A DNA stretch of 63,514 nt, filler included, from Octopus bimaculoides (GCF_001194135.2; 7 parts of 7 records of this genome joined end to end with filler, not necessarily neighbours in it), one strand, 5' to 3'. Counted from the first letter of the whole stretch, positions 12,560-25,589 are shown. Numbers and translations: made by a program. Notes: generated by a model from the sequence alone, not told the origin.

Positions 12560-12970
12560 ATGCTTTTGTTAGGTCAATGATAACCTAGTATAAGTCCATA
12601 TCCTGTTTGATGCACTTCTCTTGCAAATGTCTAGCCAAAAATATATCAATAGTACTCCTACTATCCCTAAACCCACATTGTGATTCTGGTAGAACCTCAT
12701 CAGCAATATGCAGAAGCAATCTGTCCAACATTACTTTACAGAGGACCTTTCCAGCAACAGCTAACAGACCGATGCCGCGATAACTATCACAGACATCCTT
12801 TCCACCTTTAGATTTATATAATATCTCAATAGTTGCATCATGCCAATCCGGAGGAACCTCTTCACTTTGCCAAACCCTCTGAATCACATCTGTCAACATT
12901 GCACAAAGATGACCACCACCATATTGATATATCTCTGCACCTAGTCCATCCATACCAGAGAGTAAAAAGT
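12560..12970 (-). pseudogene. N-terminal part of the RTE reverse transcriptase
   Basis: ORF 12585-13019 (VPPDWHDATI..LYK.KG....CDSYRGIGLL..AGKVL..VML.RL; QCGFR..RSTID) continues into IDLTKAFDSIN. Confidence 0.9.
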
Positions 12971-13293
12971 TTGGAATTGTTAGCATTTGAAGCTTCTCGG
13001 ATTTCATCACATCTACCACTCCTCCAAGTTTCCTGCATCATCTGTAGCTTCCTCTGCACTGTTGCTTTTACTGCCTTGAAATATGTAGCCACTGTCCTGT
13101 TCGTTGACATGTCAACATTTTGCAACATGTTAAATGCCTTTCACTTCTCCTCTAAGATAAGATTAACTTTTTCATCATTATCGTCAAACCAATCTTGGTG
13201 TTTTTTAACACAAAGCGAAGAATATTACTACAAATCTCGTACACTCTTTCTTTGAATGACTTCCAGCTTCCATCACAGGACAAATTATTTATC

Positions 13294-14158
13294 TCACTCA
13301 CAAAACTCACTGAGTACTGATAGACTCTTCAGTTTATTCACATCAATCCGTTTAGGTAATTTGACATTATTTGCTCTAACCTTAGGCTTGACAACAAAAT
13401 TCACCTTGGCATGCAAAAGCCTATGATCAGTCCAGCACTCTGCACCACACATCACTCGTACAATAGCAAAGTACCTCGTATTTCGTTTCCTGGTGAAGAT
13501 GTAATCTATAAGATGCCATTTCTTAGAACCAGGGTGCATCCATGTCGTTTTATACTTATTCTTTAGTCGAAACTTTGTATTCATGAAACACAAATCCATT
13601 TCTACGCACATTTGTAACAGTAGCAATCCATTACTGTTGGAACTCCCAATCCCATGTTTTCCTAGGTCACCCCAAGTCTCCCAATCTGCACCAATGCGAG
13701 CATTAAAATCTTCTAAAATGACAACTTTGTCATCATGAGGGATATTACGTATAACCTCTGTAAGTGATAGATAGAAGGCAAGTTTATCATCCTCTGATGA
13801 ATTCATAGTTGGAGCATATGCACTTATAAGTGTTGTATAGTGACCTTTTCTTAATGGCAGCCTTAAAGACATTAAACAATCCGAATGAGCATATGGTAGT
13901 CCCTCAAGTTTTGAAGCCAGAGTGGTTTTGATAGCAAATCCCATTCCTGATTCTCTCTTATAGGTCTCTTCTCTACCGCTCAAAAAGAAATGATATTCGG
14001 CAGATTTCTCTATGAAATTCTCCTTTCCATATCTCTATGAAATTCTCCTTTCCATATCGCTGTAACTCTTTTGCAACAAGTGTGGATCTTCTCTCCGGAC
14101 AAGATTTCAGACAATCATTGTCTAATAACATTTGAACATTCCAACATCCTATATTCAT
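13294..14158 (-). pseudogene. APE (EEP) endonuclease domain of the RTE LINE, frameshifted
   Basis: ORFs 13973-14158 and 13294-13983 carry WNV, YAPT, (G)DFNARIG, N.NG.LL, TW.HP.SK.WHLIDY and DHRLL. Confidence 0.9.
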
Positions 14159-14720
14159 AGGCTTGCATCTTTAACTTGAATTTGCTCACAGTTGCAGGAT
14201 GATGACCAAATCCAGGCTATGGTGCCCTGGGACACCTGCCGGGCCAGACCACAGAACAAAATGTTCCAGAATCCCTTTTGCCATTTACTTCATTATCAAT
14301 ATGAACTTTCATTGTTTAGATGTAACTTTTTAAGCTTTGGCCAGTCATGTACATACAAGATGTTCATTTCTTTTCCCTCTCCAGCAATACCTTCTCCCAG
14401 TCTTTGCCCAACCAAAGGCTAACTACAAGACAGCAGTGAAGTATTTAAATTCAGTTACTTTCTCCTAGATAGACTGCTTTTGTCATGGCTTGGGGAAACA
14501 GAGGAGCTCTATCCACCCATCATTTATTTATTTTTTAAAAATTAAAATAAGAGAAATAAATACAAATTAAAAATTGCGATAAAAACTGAGTAAATTTTTA
14601 AATAAGATTGAAATGCAATATATACATTTTAAAAACACGATATACAATATGTATATACACATGGTGAAATACAGCATTTACCATACACATACACACACAC
14701 AGCTTAAAATGCAATATATA

Positions 14721-14843
14721 CAGGGTGTCCACAAAGTTTGGGTACATGGGGATTAACACATACTTTAAGAAATTATTATTTCTTAGATTTAATCATGTTA
14801 TGATTTTATTTACTCCATGTACCCAGACCTTGTGGACACCCTG
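14721..14843. mobile_element. Tc1/mariner-type MITE (~123 bp)
   Basis: 29-bp TIRs cagggtgtccacaaagtttgggtacatgg / ccatgtacccagaccttgtggacaccctg (2 mismatches), flanked by TA on both sides. Confidence 0.9.
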
Positions 14844-14869
14844 TACAATACACACACACACACACTCCA

Positions 14870-15075
14870 CAAACACATGTAGTTGAATGGCCGTTGACTA
14901 TTTTGTAGTTCTTCTGTCCTTTGACGGGTCTTACTATTTGTCCCGCAGGGTGTTCAACAAACACCCACCTCATCAAGTAAGCCTGGTGGGGTTGCCAGTT
15001 TAGTCACCGACAACCCAACCATGGAACAGGTTGTACTTGACTACATGGTACCAGTAGCACTGAAGAGCGACCATG
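14870..15075 (-). mobile_element. Unclassified retroposon fragment, RTE 5' UTR-like
   Basis: Minus strand ggtgactaaactggcaaccccacc resembles RTE-family leader motifs. There is no coding match. Confidence 0.3.
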
Positions 15076-15118
15076 ACATATACCTGTATACATACATATA
15101 CCTATATACATACATGCA

Positions 15119-15171
<53 letters not shown>

Positions 15172-16129
15172 NNNNNNNNNNNNNNNNNNNNNNNNNNNNN
15201 NNNNNNNNNNNNNNNNNNNNNNNNNNNNNNNNNNNNNNNNNNNNNNNNNNNNNNNNNNNNNNNNNNNNNNNNNNNNNNNNNNNNNNNNNNNNNNNNNNNN
15301 NNNNNNNNNNNNNNNNNNNNNNNNNNNNNNNNNNNNNNNNNNNNNNNNNNNNNNNNNNNNNNNNNNNNNNNNNNNNNNNNNNNNNNNNNNNNNNNNNNNN
15401 NNNNNNNNNNNNNNNNNNNNNNNNNNNNNNNNNNNNNNNNNNNNNNNNNNNNNNNNNNNNNNNNNNNNNNNNNNNNNNNNNNNNNNNNNNNNNNNNNNNN
15501 NNNNNNNNNNNNNNNNNNNNNNNNNNNNNNNNNNNNNNNNNNNNNNNNNNNNNNNNNNNNNNNNNNNNNNNNNNNNNNNNNNNNNNNNNNNNNNNNNNNN
15601 NNNNNNNNNNNNNNNNNNNNNNNNNNNNNNNNNNNNNNNNNNNNNNNNNNNNNNNNNNNNNNNNNNNNNNNNNNNNNNNNNNNNNNNNNNNNNNNNNNNN
15701 NNNNNNNNNNNNNNNNNNNNNNNNNNNNNNNNNNNNNNNNNNNNNNNNNNNNNNNNNNNNNNNNNNNNNNNNNNNNNNNNNNNNNNNNNNNNNNNNNNNN
15801 NNNNNNNNNNNNNNNNNNNNNNNNNNNNNNNNNNNNNNNNNNNNNNNNNNNNNNNNNNNNNNNNNNNNNNNNNNNNNNNNNNNNNNNNNNNNNNNNNNNN
15901 NNNNNNNNNNNNNNNNNNNNNNNNNNNNNNNNNNNNNNNNNNNNNNNNNNNNNNNNNNNNNNNNNNNNNNNNNNNNNNNNNNNNNNNNNNNNNNNNNNNN
16001 NNNNNNNNNNNNNNNNNNNNNNNNNNNNNNNNNNNNNNNNNNNNNNNNNNNNNNNNNNNNNNNNATATATATAGATATATATATATATATATATAGATAT
16101 AGATATATATATATATAGATATATATATA

Positions 16130-16420
16130 TTCATGCATACCTATATATATATTCATACATACCTATATATATATTCATACATACCTATATATATATTCAT
16201 ACATACCTATATATATATTCATACATACCTATATATATATATTCATACATACCTATATATATATTCATACATACCTATGTATATATTCATACATACCTAT
16301 ATATATATTCATACATACCTATATATATATTCATACATACCTATATATATATTCATACATAGGTATATATATATTCATACATAGGTATATATATATTCAT
16401 ACATACCTATATATATGTAT
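16130..16420. repeat. ~22-bp minisatellite (attcatacatacctatatatat)n
   Basis: About 12 tandem units are directly visible. Confidence 0.9.
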
Positions 16421-16440
16421 ACATACATATACATACACAC

Positions 16441-16482
<42 letters not shown>

Positions 16483-16582
16483 NNNNNNNNNNNNNNNNNN
16501 NNNNNNNNNNNNNNNNNNNNNNNNNNTTAATTAATTAANNNNNNNNNNNNNNNNNNNNNNNNNNNNNNNNNNNNNNNNNNNN

Positions 16583-16633
<51 letters not shown>

Positions 16634-16829
16634 CGTTGAGCTGTAAAGCAATAGAACAACATTCTACGTATGTGAGCTCCGCATTGAGCTCCTCAGGAAG
16701 TGCTCGCTTTCTGACTATCTCCCATAAAACCCCCAAACAGCTGGACTACCGTACCTTAAAGAGGAACTGTGTGTGTGACATGTTCAACGTATCCAATATA
16801 TAAAAAAAACGTAATTAAAAAGACTGCAT

Positions 16830-17345
16830 TGTTATGCTTCACAACAACTTCAGAATGGCACTAATGGTGTATTGAAATGCAACTTTTCTTCGATTCACTA
16901 CCAATACATCACAACGCACTTCGAAGGCTATACGTTTGCAATCCAAGGGAAGCATATTGCGACAAAATACCCAGTAAACAATAGAGACAATGAAGCCCAT
17001 GTAACTCCAGGTCGGAACCGAAAACGTTAACCTATGTCACTTTCCTCTGGAAGATATCACACATGTAATCAGCAGCTACCCCAAAATATCACCAAAGTAT
17101 TACTTCCCCATACTACTCGACTTTATCGCTAAAACAATATCATAATACCATTTAAGAAAGAATTGTTTGGTCTAAACGTAGAGAATCTCTTTGTTATTGA
17201 ACGCACACATGAGCATCAACACAAGGAACATAGGCGAAATATTTCTACCAAATCTACTGTACTGCAAACATAACAAGCCAGATAAAGTTGTTTGGACGGA
17301 TAAATACGGACAACTGCTTCGAAATCTTCAGCTTCTGTACCCAGA
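16830..17345 (+). mobile_element. RLE-type (R4/Dong/NeSL-like) LINE 3' fragment
   Basis: Decayed FAIQ..IATKY...RD, EDITHVIS (CCHC-knuckle region), CKHNKPD (PD of the RLE) and KYGQLLRNLQLLYPDYKF. Confidence 0.7.
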
Positions 17346-17774
17346 TTATAAATTCACATTAGTATATTTGATTTTTCTAGTAGATGGCTGAGTGACTATG
17401 TGGAAAAAAGCTATGGATTTCAGAAGGAATCAACTAGGTAATACGTGCATTACAAATACAATCATTAAACCGAATAGTAAAAATATGCAAGCCTTTTTAT
17501 CAATTTCAACTAGTCAGATTGTTTTTATTATTTATATTCAAACGACGAAGCTTTGTATATCTGTTAAAAACCGCTCCTTTCTTACAGGAAGCTTTCAAAT
17601 GATTGAAAGAAATAGAACATATACATATGCATATATACATATACACATATATACATTTACACATATACATGCATATATATATATATATACACACCCACGC
17701 ATCCGCACATATAGTGTACATAGATATACTCATAGTTATATGTATGTATATAGATGCTCTGTGTGTGTGCGTGC

Positions 17775-18235
17775 ATACATCATAAGGATTCGATGGAAGT
17801 ACTACCAATGAAGAGGTTCTGCTCCGTGTTGGACAGCACCAGGCTGGACTACTCCGCGTTAAAACCACCATCTCTGCTGGTTGGGACACATCATACGTAT
17901 GCCTCAAACGCGCCTTCCTCGTCAACTCCTTTTTTGCGGAGTTGGCCTCGGGTACCAGACTACATGAAGCCTCTATTGGACCAAATTGCTGGGAGACAAT
18001 CGCCAAGATCGCTCAAAGTGGCAGTATGTCATCGTTAAAAGAACAGACCTGATAGACGTCAAAAGGCAGATTGCAAACGTCGAAGGGGCAAAGAATGAGT
18101 CCCACTTCCTCGTCCTCCACCAGTGCGCCCCTGCGATCGCTCTTGGCCTGAACAGTCATATCAGGCACCCTTCGCACCCATCAAAATGACGAAGTTCAAT
18201 CACTGGCTAAGATTTACTATTCCGACAACGATGCA
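17775..18235 (+). mobile_element. RTE/BovB-like LINE 3' fragment
   Basis: TNEEVLLRVG, WLGHIIRMPQTRLPRQLLFAELASG and a terminal GLNSHIRH, typical of the RTE thumb and C-terminus. Confidence 0.85.
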
Positions 18236-18315
<80 letters not shown>

Positions 18316-18336
18316 ACTCACTATCTCTCTCTGTAT

Positions 18337-18368
<32 letters not shown>

Positions 18369-18849
18369 GTATATATATATATATGTGTGTGTATGTATGT
18401 ATATATTGGCTAAACNNNNNNNNNNNNNNNNNNNNNNNNNNNNNNNNNNNNNNNNNNNNNNNNNNNNNNNNNNNNNNNNNNNNNNNNNNNNNNNNNNNNN
18501 NNNNNNNNNNNNNNNNNNNNNNNNNNNNNNNNNNNNNNNNNATATATATATATATAAGTATAGTCGTCACTAAGGTGACTAAGGGTGCTAGTCAGCACCA
18601 ACATTGCAAGAAATAAGAGTCAAAACAATTCTTAGCCACGAGCAAGCACTTATCTAATGATTGACAAGGGAAACAAGCCCTTGATTCTATGGTAGTTTTT
18701 TTATAAACTGACGAGTTAAGTTTTAACCCTCGGCCACCGAGTATGAGTCATTGATGAGAATTAATCAAATACAAAATCATCGATGATCTGGCTTTGTCTC
18801 GCTTGCTGTCAGTCATTACAAAAGTGCTTCCCCGTAACTAAGAGCCTTT

Positions 18850-18941
18850 TTGAGAGGAGAATATGTTGAATATAATCATAATTAACTGATCCTCCTGTAT
18901 TTTCTTTTACTCAGAGCTAGGAACTTTTCAGCTCCTTCTCG
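18850..18941 (+). mobile_element. Mariner right end (same family as 45708-45979)
   Basis: RGEYVE* followed by aactgatcctcctgtatttt...ggaacttttcagc..ctcg|TA. Confidence 0.7.
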
Positions 18942-19559
18942 TATATATACGTACATACATACATACAGATGTGTGTGTGTGAATATGCATATACACATAA
19001 ACACACGCATATAGTGGGAGTGATGTACAGTATTTTGACAGACTAAGCAAAGTTAGATACATGCGCCTACTTTTAATATTCTGATCAATGTTCTTATTCT
19101 GACACCAGAAAAATACCATTTCAGAAGGCATATTGTTAAAAATATTTTTGCCATGATCATCCCCACTTCTTTTGTAATAATGGTAACATTGACTAAAATG
19201 TCGTTCCTGTTTTGGGGTTGTAGGGTTGTTGGGCTGAAGGAATTTTGCTGCTCTTTCTCGCAACTCAAATGTTTACGCAGAGGAGTAGCAGTAGTGATTC
19301 CGTTTACATTGTATCTACGAATGGTTTGAGAATATAATAGATATAATGGAAATGGGTGGTATTTATTGTGGTAGCTGTTGCAGTTATGACAGTGTTTAAT
19401 AGTGGGTGTGGTCATAATTCTATCGCAGATGTGGAATAATGTGGTAATAAATCAAATTTAAGTAGTATTATAATAATATGGGCGGCGTTTTTTTTTTCTT
19501 TTTTTTTTCAAAATAGTGCCAGTAATAATGATTGATTACGTTTAATTGTAGGCGTAGTT

Positions 19560-19745
19560 ATAGTAGTTGGGCAGTGACTAGCCAATCTTTGGCGATCAGG
19601 ACAGAATAAATGCGTCGCTGAATTTGTTTTGACTCCCAGCGCCTTGAGTTCAAATCTGACCGAATCAAATTTGCCTTTTATCTTTTCCGAGTTAATAAAA
19701 AGAAAAAAGGGGTATTAATCTAGGCCGTTGGATTAGTACAAAAAT
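19560..19745 (+). mobile_element. SINE family B, degenerate
   Basis: gagttcaaatctgaccgaatcaaatttgccttttatc..., homologous to 32420-32620. Confidence 0.6.
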
Positions 19746-19879
19746 TAGAGCTGTGGATCTGTAGAACTATTTTTTATCTCGGCGCCCTCTTTCACGGAAT
19801 GGCTTCTCGGCAGTGCCCCGATATGAGTTAAGCGTGTGTATTGTGATCTTGTGCTTGTATTGCTCGTCACCCCACAACT

Positions 19880-20095
19880 GCTCGACAAGCAGTGTTTGTT
19901 TCGTTTATATCTTCGTAACCTAGTGGTTCGGCAAAACAGACCAATAGAATAAGTGTTTGACTTTAAAATGTATATGTAAAAAAAAAAACAAACAAACAAA
20001 AAACGTAAGTACTGGGGTCAATTTGTTCAGTGAAACCCGTCAAGGCAGTGCCCCAGTATGATCGCAATTCAATGACTGAAAAAAAACAAAAAAAA
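19880..20095 (+). mobile_element. SINE family A, 3' half
   Basis: cgtaacctagtggttcggcaaaacagaccaatagaataagt...ggcagtgccccagtatg...aatgactgaaa. Confidence 0.8.
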
Positions 20096-21164
20096 AAAAC
20101 GATAAAGAAATAAAAGATAAATGAATCTAATTTTATGCAGTGGTTTGTCCCTATTTTCTTGTATAATCCCTACGCGCATCTGCATGAACTAGAGCACCCT
20201 TCTTAAATTTTTATGGAAATTATGAAAAAACAAAGTGAGGACTTATACAAAACTAACTTATATTGGATCTTGGTGCGTCAAGTCATGTTTCTACTTGCAA
20301 GTAATACAATATGCTATTCATATTTTAATCCCAACAAAGATTTGTTTCCTTGTAAAAACATTTTAAATACCGTTATTGTACTTAGTTTGCAGTGGGTATG
20401 ACTTTAAACTGCATTCGATAGTGGATCCTGGTTTGAGAGTTTTGAGGGGTTTGGAACCACTTCTTAACCACTTAGTGTTCCCAGGTCTACTCAAACTCGG
20501 AGTAGTAGCTCCTCTCGAATGCATATCAAGGAGTGAAATACACTCAGGCGATCCTGTGCCCTCTTTGAAAACCTTTCCAATAACTCTAGGATGAGAAGAG
20601 CTCCCCAGCATTGTAAGACAATTCCCCTTGGAGAAGGTCACTCTATTGTAAAACCTATAGGATGCTGATCATCGCTGCGGTATTAGCCCGCGTGGCCTGA
20701 TCTCTGTCTAAAAAGTGGAACAAGATTGCTTATGTGCAGGCAAGGAAAAAGAACTCTGCATTGTCAAAGATCAGTTTCCATAGTAACTTGTGAACGTGCC
20801 GCTCTTCTTCATGACCTTCGGACATGAAGAAACTGCCATCGTTCTATCCGGTGTTAAATTTTTTTATTTCAAAGAAAAATCATGACCTCTGCTTCTCTTA
20901 TAGCGTCTCTTTAACACCGCTTATTGTGAGCCCACAACTCACTAAGGGGAGCTGCTTCCTAAGTTAAGGATCTCTGTATTAGAGTGCAACAACAGGAGAT
21001 GACTTGTGGTATGTTTCGACTCTTTACTTCTCTGGTGGCAACGCCTGCAAATAGCGCCATCTTAGCAGCTTTATAGACTCCCAGGCAAATAATTGCAATT
21101 GGCCCTATGGTATTATATAGTTATTGGCAACAAAGCACAGCATATATAGATTACAATTGAGCCC

Positions 21165-21225
21165 TTTAACCTGGGTGGCCCACGGGCAACTGCTCAGTGT
21201 GCCAGTGACTTAAGACGGCAGTGAT
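21165..21225 (+). mobile_element. Possible right end of a CAGGGCCGTCTTAA-type non-autonomous DNA element
   Basis: ggcccacgggcaactgctcagtgtgcc...ttaagacggcagtg. The left end was not found. Confidence 0.3.
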
Positions 21226-23033
21226 ACTTGTACCAAGCTGTATCGATCTTACAGTGGTAGCATTTCCCTTGGACAACATAGACGGTGTGCAAAAAGGGAA
21301 GCATACGTATTAACAAATGACTTTGCCCTGACCTGCTTATAGTGGGGCAGATACAGGGTCCAGATGGGAACTTTGAACGATAGTTATTCTGGTGTCAGTG
21401 ATTGTATTGGTAGTGGTGTTAGTGGTAGTAGTGAATGGAATTTGTGACGACTAATAATTACAGTGATAAATACAGTGATCATGGTGGGGTGACGATAGTT
21501 GTTGTGTGGATGGAGTTAGTGCTAACGGTGAGCTGATGGCATTAAGTCATCTCTCATAGAGCAGGCCGTTTAACGTAAAGCATTCTAGCCATGGTCATCC
21601 AGGCACATAACTTTAGCTAACCCTATCCACTGCTTTTCTTTTGAACTGCTTGGGTGTGCCTTGAACATTTTTGCACGTCTCGTTTTCGTTGTCGTCGTCA
21701 CCGTCATCGTGGTTGTCATCGCCGTCGTTTTCATTGTAGTGGTGGTGGTATCGGTGGTATTGGTGGTAGTGGCAGTGGCGGCAGCTGTATTGGTGGTGAA
21801 GGTAATAGTGGTGGAAGTAAAGATTAGTGGTAGGGGTGGTGGTTACAGTGGTGGCGGTTGTAGCGGTGATAGTAGTGGTGATAGGGTGGCGGAGGAGTTA
21901 GCAGAGGCGGCGAAGGCGGCGGTGGAAGGGTGACGTGGAAGGGGGTGGCGGGGGAAGGCGGTGGCTGGAAGAAGGCAGTGCCAAAGGAAGGCGGTTGCCA
22001 AAAGAGGGCGGTGACCAAAGGAAGGCGCTGGGGTGGTGGTGGCAGTGGTGATGGTGGCGACTGCGGTGGTGGCTGCGCGGTGGTAGTGGTGGTGGCGGCN
22101 NNNNNNNNNNNNNNNNNNNNNNNNNNNNNNNNNNNNNNNNNNNNNNNNNNNNNNNNNNNNNNNNNNNNNNNNNNNNNNNNNNNNNNNNNNNNNNNNNNNN
22201 NNNNNNNNNNNNNNNNNNNNNNNNNNNNNNNNNNNNNNNNNNNNNNNNNNNNNNNNNNNNNNNNNNNNNNNNNNNNNNNNNNNNNNNNNNNNNNNNNNNN
22301 NNNNNNNNNNNNNNNNNNNNNNNNNNNNNNNNNNNNNNNNNNNNNNNNNNNNNNNNNNNNNNNNNNNNNNNNNNNNNNNNNNNNNNNNNNNNNNNNNNNN
22401 NNNNNNNNNNNNNNNNNNNNNNNNNNNNNNNNNNNNNNNNNNNNNNNNNNNNNNNNNNNNNNNNNNNNNNNNNNNNNNNNNNNNNNNNNNNNNNNNNNNN
22501 NNNNNNNNNNNNNNNNNNNNNNNNNNNNNNNNNNNNNNNNNNNNNNNNNNNNNNNNNNNNNNNNNNNNNNNNNNNNNNNNNNNNNNNNNNNNNNNNNNNN
22601 NNNNNNNNNNNNNNNNNNNNNNNNNNNNNNNNNNNNNNNNNNNNNNNNNNNNNNNNNNNNNNNNNNNNNNNNNNNNNNNNNNNNNNNNNNNNNNNNNNNN
22701 NNNNNNNNNNNNNNNNNNNNNNNNNNNNNNNNNNNNNNNNNNNNNNNNNNNNNNNNNNNNNNNNNNNNNNNNNNNNNNNNNNNNNNNNNNNNNNNNNNNN
22801 NNNNNNNNNNNNNNNNNNNNNNNNNNNNNNNNNNNNNNNNNNNNNNNNNNNNNNNNNNNNNNNNNNNNNNNNNNNNNNNNNNNNNNNNNNNNNNNNNNNN
22901 NNNNNNNNNNNNNNNNNNNNNNNNNNNNNNNNNNNNNNNNNNNNNNNNNNNNNNNNNNNNNNNNNNNNNNNNNNNNNNNNNNNNNNNNNNNNNNNNNNNN
23001 NNNNNNNNNNNNNNNNNNNNNNNNNNNNNNNNN

Positions 23034-23109
<76 letters not shown>

Positions 23110-23284
23110 TGGCTGGATGGTAAGAAGCTTGCTTGCCAACAACATGGTGGTGAAGGTGTTGGCGTTGGTAATGATAGTGGTGGCGGACAGAAGTATGGTG
23201 TCGATGGTTGCAGTTGTTCTATATATTTTATTTATTCAGTGGTGCATCACCACTGCCACCACCACCACCACCGACTTCACCGCC

Positions 23285-23380
23285 TTGTGAGTGAATTTGG
23301 TAGTCAGAAACTGAAACAAAGCCCGTCGTGTATATATAATATATGTTTGTGTGTGTTTGTGTATGTATGCGTATGTGTGT

Positions 23381-23411
<31 letters not shown>

Positions 23412-23647
23412 AGTCTGTGTTTGTGTATGGGCGTGTGATTGTGTCTGTGTCTGTTCTTCACTACCAATTTGCCAACCGGTGATGGTGTGTTTACGTTCCT
23501 GTAATGTAACGTTTCGGCTAAAGACACCAATAGAAAAAGAACTAAACTAAAAAAAACAAACAAAAAAAACGTCCTAGGTCGATTCATTCAACTAAAGGTG
23601 GTGGCCAAATCTGGTTGCAGTCCGATGACTGAAACAAGCAAAAGAAA
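23285..23647 (+). mobile_element. SINE family A (middle, internal microsatellite and tail)
   Basis: gtgagtgaatttggtag..aactgaaacaaagcccgtcgt, then (TG)n, then the tail ending gactgaaacaagcaaaaga. Confidence 0.8.
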
Positions 23648-23747
23648 NNNNNNNNNNNNNNNNNNNNNNNNNNNNNNNNNNNNNNNNNNNNTTAATTAAT
23701 TAANNNNNNNNNNNNNNNNNNNNNNNNNNNNNNNNNNNNNNNNNNNN

Positions 23748-24425
<678 letters not shown>

Positions 24426-24559
24426 CGTTTGCTGAGGTGCATCTGGCGTTCGAGATAACCAGAATGTGTGAAGTTCCTCGGTTGTCCTCTTGAGGAACTT
24501 GCCCCTTTGGGGTAGTTTTATTGTTTAATTTTTTTGTTAATTGTTTTTGTTACTTACTT

Positions 24560-24845
24560 GTATCCGTCCTACACGCGACAACATCTGTTCGACAAAGCTC
24601 CACAAGTCAGTAATGCGCGCAGACACTACATAAATGCGTGCAGGACGGTTTCGTCGCCCTGTGCACACCTCAGACTGGTCCGTCTAACAGCACTTCCGTG
24701 TCTGTAGATCTTGTTTCGAACCGGCAGAGTGCCACGGTAGCAGTGCTAGGCCAGGGATTTTAAAAGAAAGTTGCCCACAGCTGGCTAAAGGGATCGAACC
24801 CCTTACTCCTACATATACTGGCTGGGTGCTCTATGCTTTAAGCCA
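24560..24845 (-). mobile_element. Candidate tRNA-headed SINE family F (single copy here)
   Basis: Minus strand has an A-box-like ggcttaaagcatagagc, a B box ggttcgatccc, and a CpG-rich body containing a hairpin. Confidence 0.45.
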
Positions 24846-24859
24846 AAAGTTCTCTAATA

Positions 24860-24890
<31 letters not shown>

Positions 24891-25000
24891 CATTGATGAT
24901 GATGATGACAATGATAATGATGATGACGACGACGACGACGACGATAATGCTGAGGATGAGGAAAATGATGAGGATGATAACAACGACAACAACAACAATA

Positions 25001-25520
25001 ATAGCATACAGCCTTCATGGATACTGAAATCGCTGGACAACAGAAATGACGCCGGCGTGGTTCATACGGATTCAAAGATCAACTCTTAATTAATCGCATG
25101 ATCCTTAAGAACTCTCATAACAAAACGCAGGAGTCTCAATTCTGCGTGGATTGATCATAATAATAATCATAAAAAAAAGAAGCTTTTGATAGCATACCGC
25201 ATTCATGGATCTTGAAATCGCTGGACATCTTCAAAATATCTCCTATAATTTCCAACTTCCTGAAGCATAATATGTCATTGAGGAATACGAATCTCCAATT
25301 ATACCATTCTAATGGAGTACTGACTTCAAACGACATTAATATCAAGTGAGGAATTTTCAAAGGTGACTCACTTTCACCTCTAATTTTTTGTATTTCCCTA
25401 ATACCCCTTATAAGCGAACTTAACGGAACAGGGTATGGTTATAAAACTGACAAGAAAATAAGCCATCTGTTTTATATGGGTGACTTAAAACTCTATGGCA
25501 AAGATAATGATGAGCTATAA
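25001..25520 (+). mobile_element. R4/Dong-like LINE reverse transcriptase fragment
   Basis: RRGSYGFKDQLLIN, AFDSIPHSWILKSL, GIFKGDSLSPLIFCISLIPL and ISHLFYMGDLKLY. Confidence 0.9.
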
Positions 25521-25589
25521 AAGTATACATGCATACACATACATAATACTTACATGCATACATGCATACATATATACGTACATATATAC

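Larger units (their letters stand above)
12139..14520 (-). mobile_element. RTE-clade (BovB-like) LINE, internally deleted
   Basis: Contains, in order: a 5' UTR; the APE start MNIGCWNVQMLLD; an EN domain (SAYAPT, EDFNARIG, WHLIDYIF); the RT start (GMDGLGAEIY, YRGIGLL, PESQCGFR, IDLTKAFDS); and C-terminal zinc-finger-like motifs. Confidence 0.93.

Noticed and set aside
16130-16420. Regular repeat array as CRISPR
   Set aside because: The units are contiguous with no unique spacers, the context is eukaryotic, and there are no cas genes.
21900-22040. G-rich gaaggcggtg..ccaaa repeats as coding or functional G4
   Set aside because: An imperfect minisatellite within a GGT low-complexity block next to a gap.
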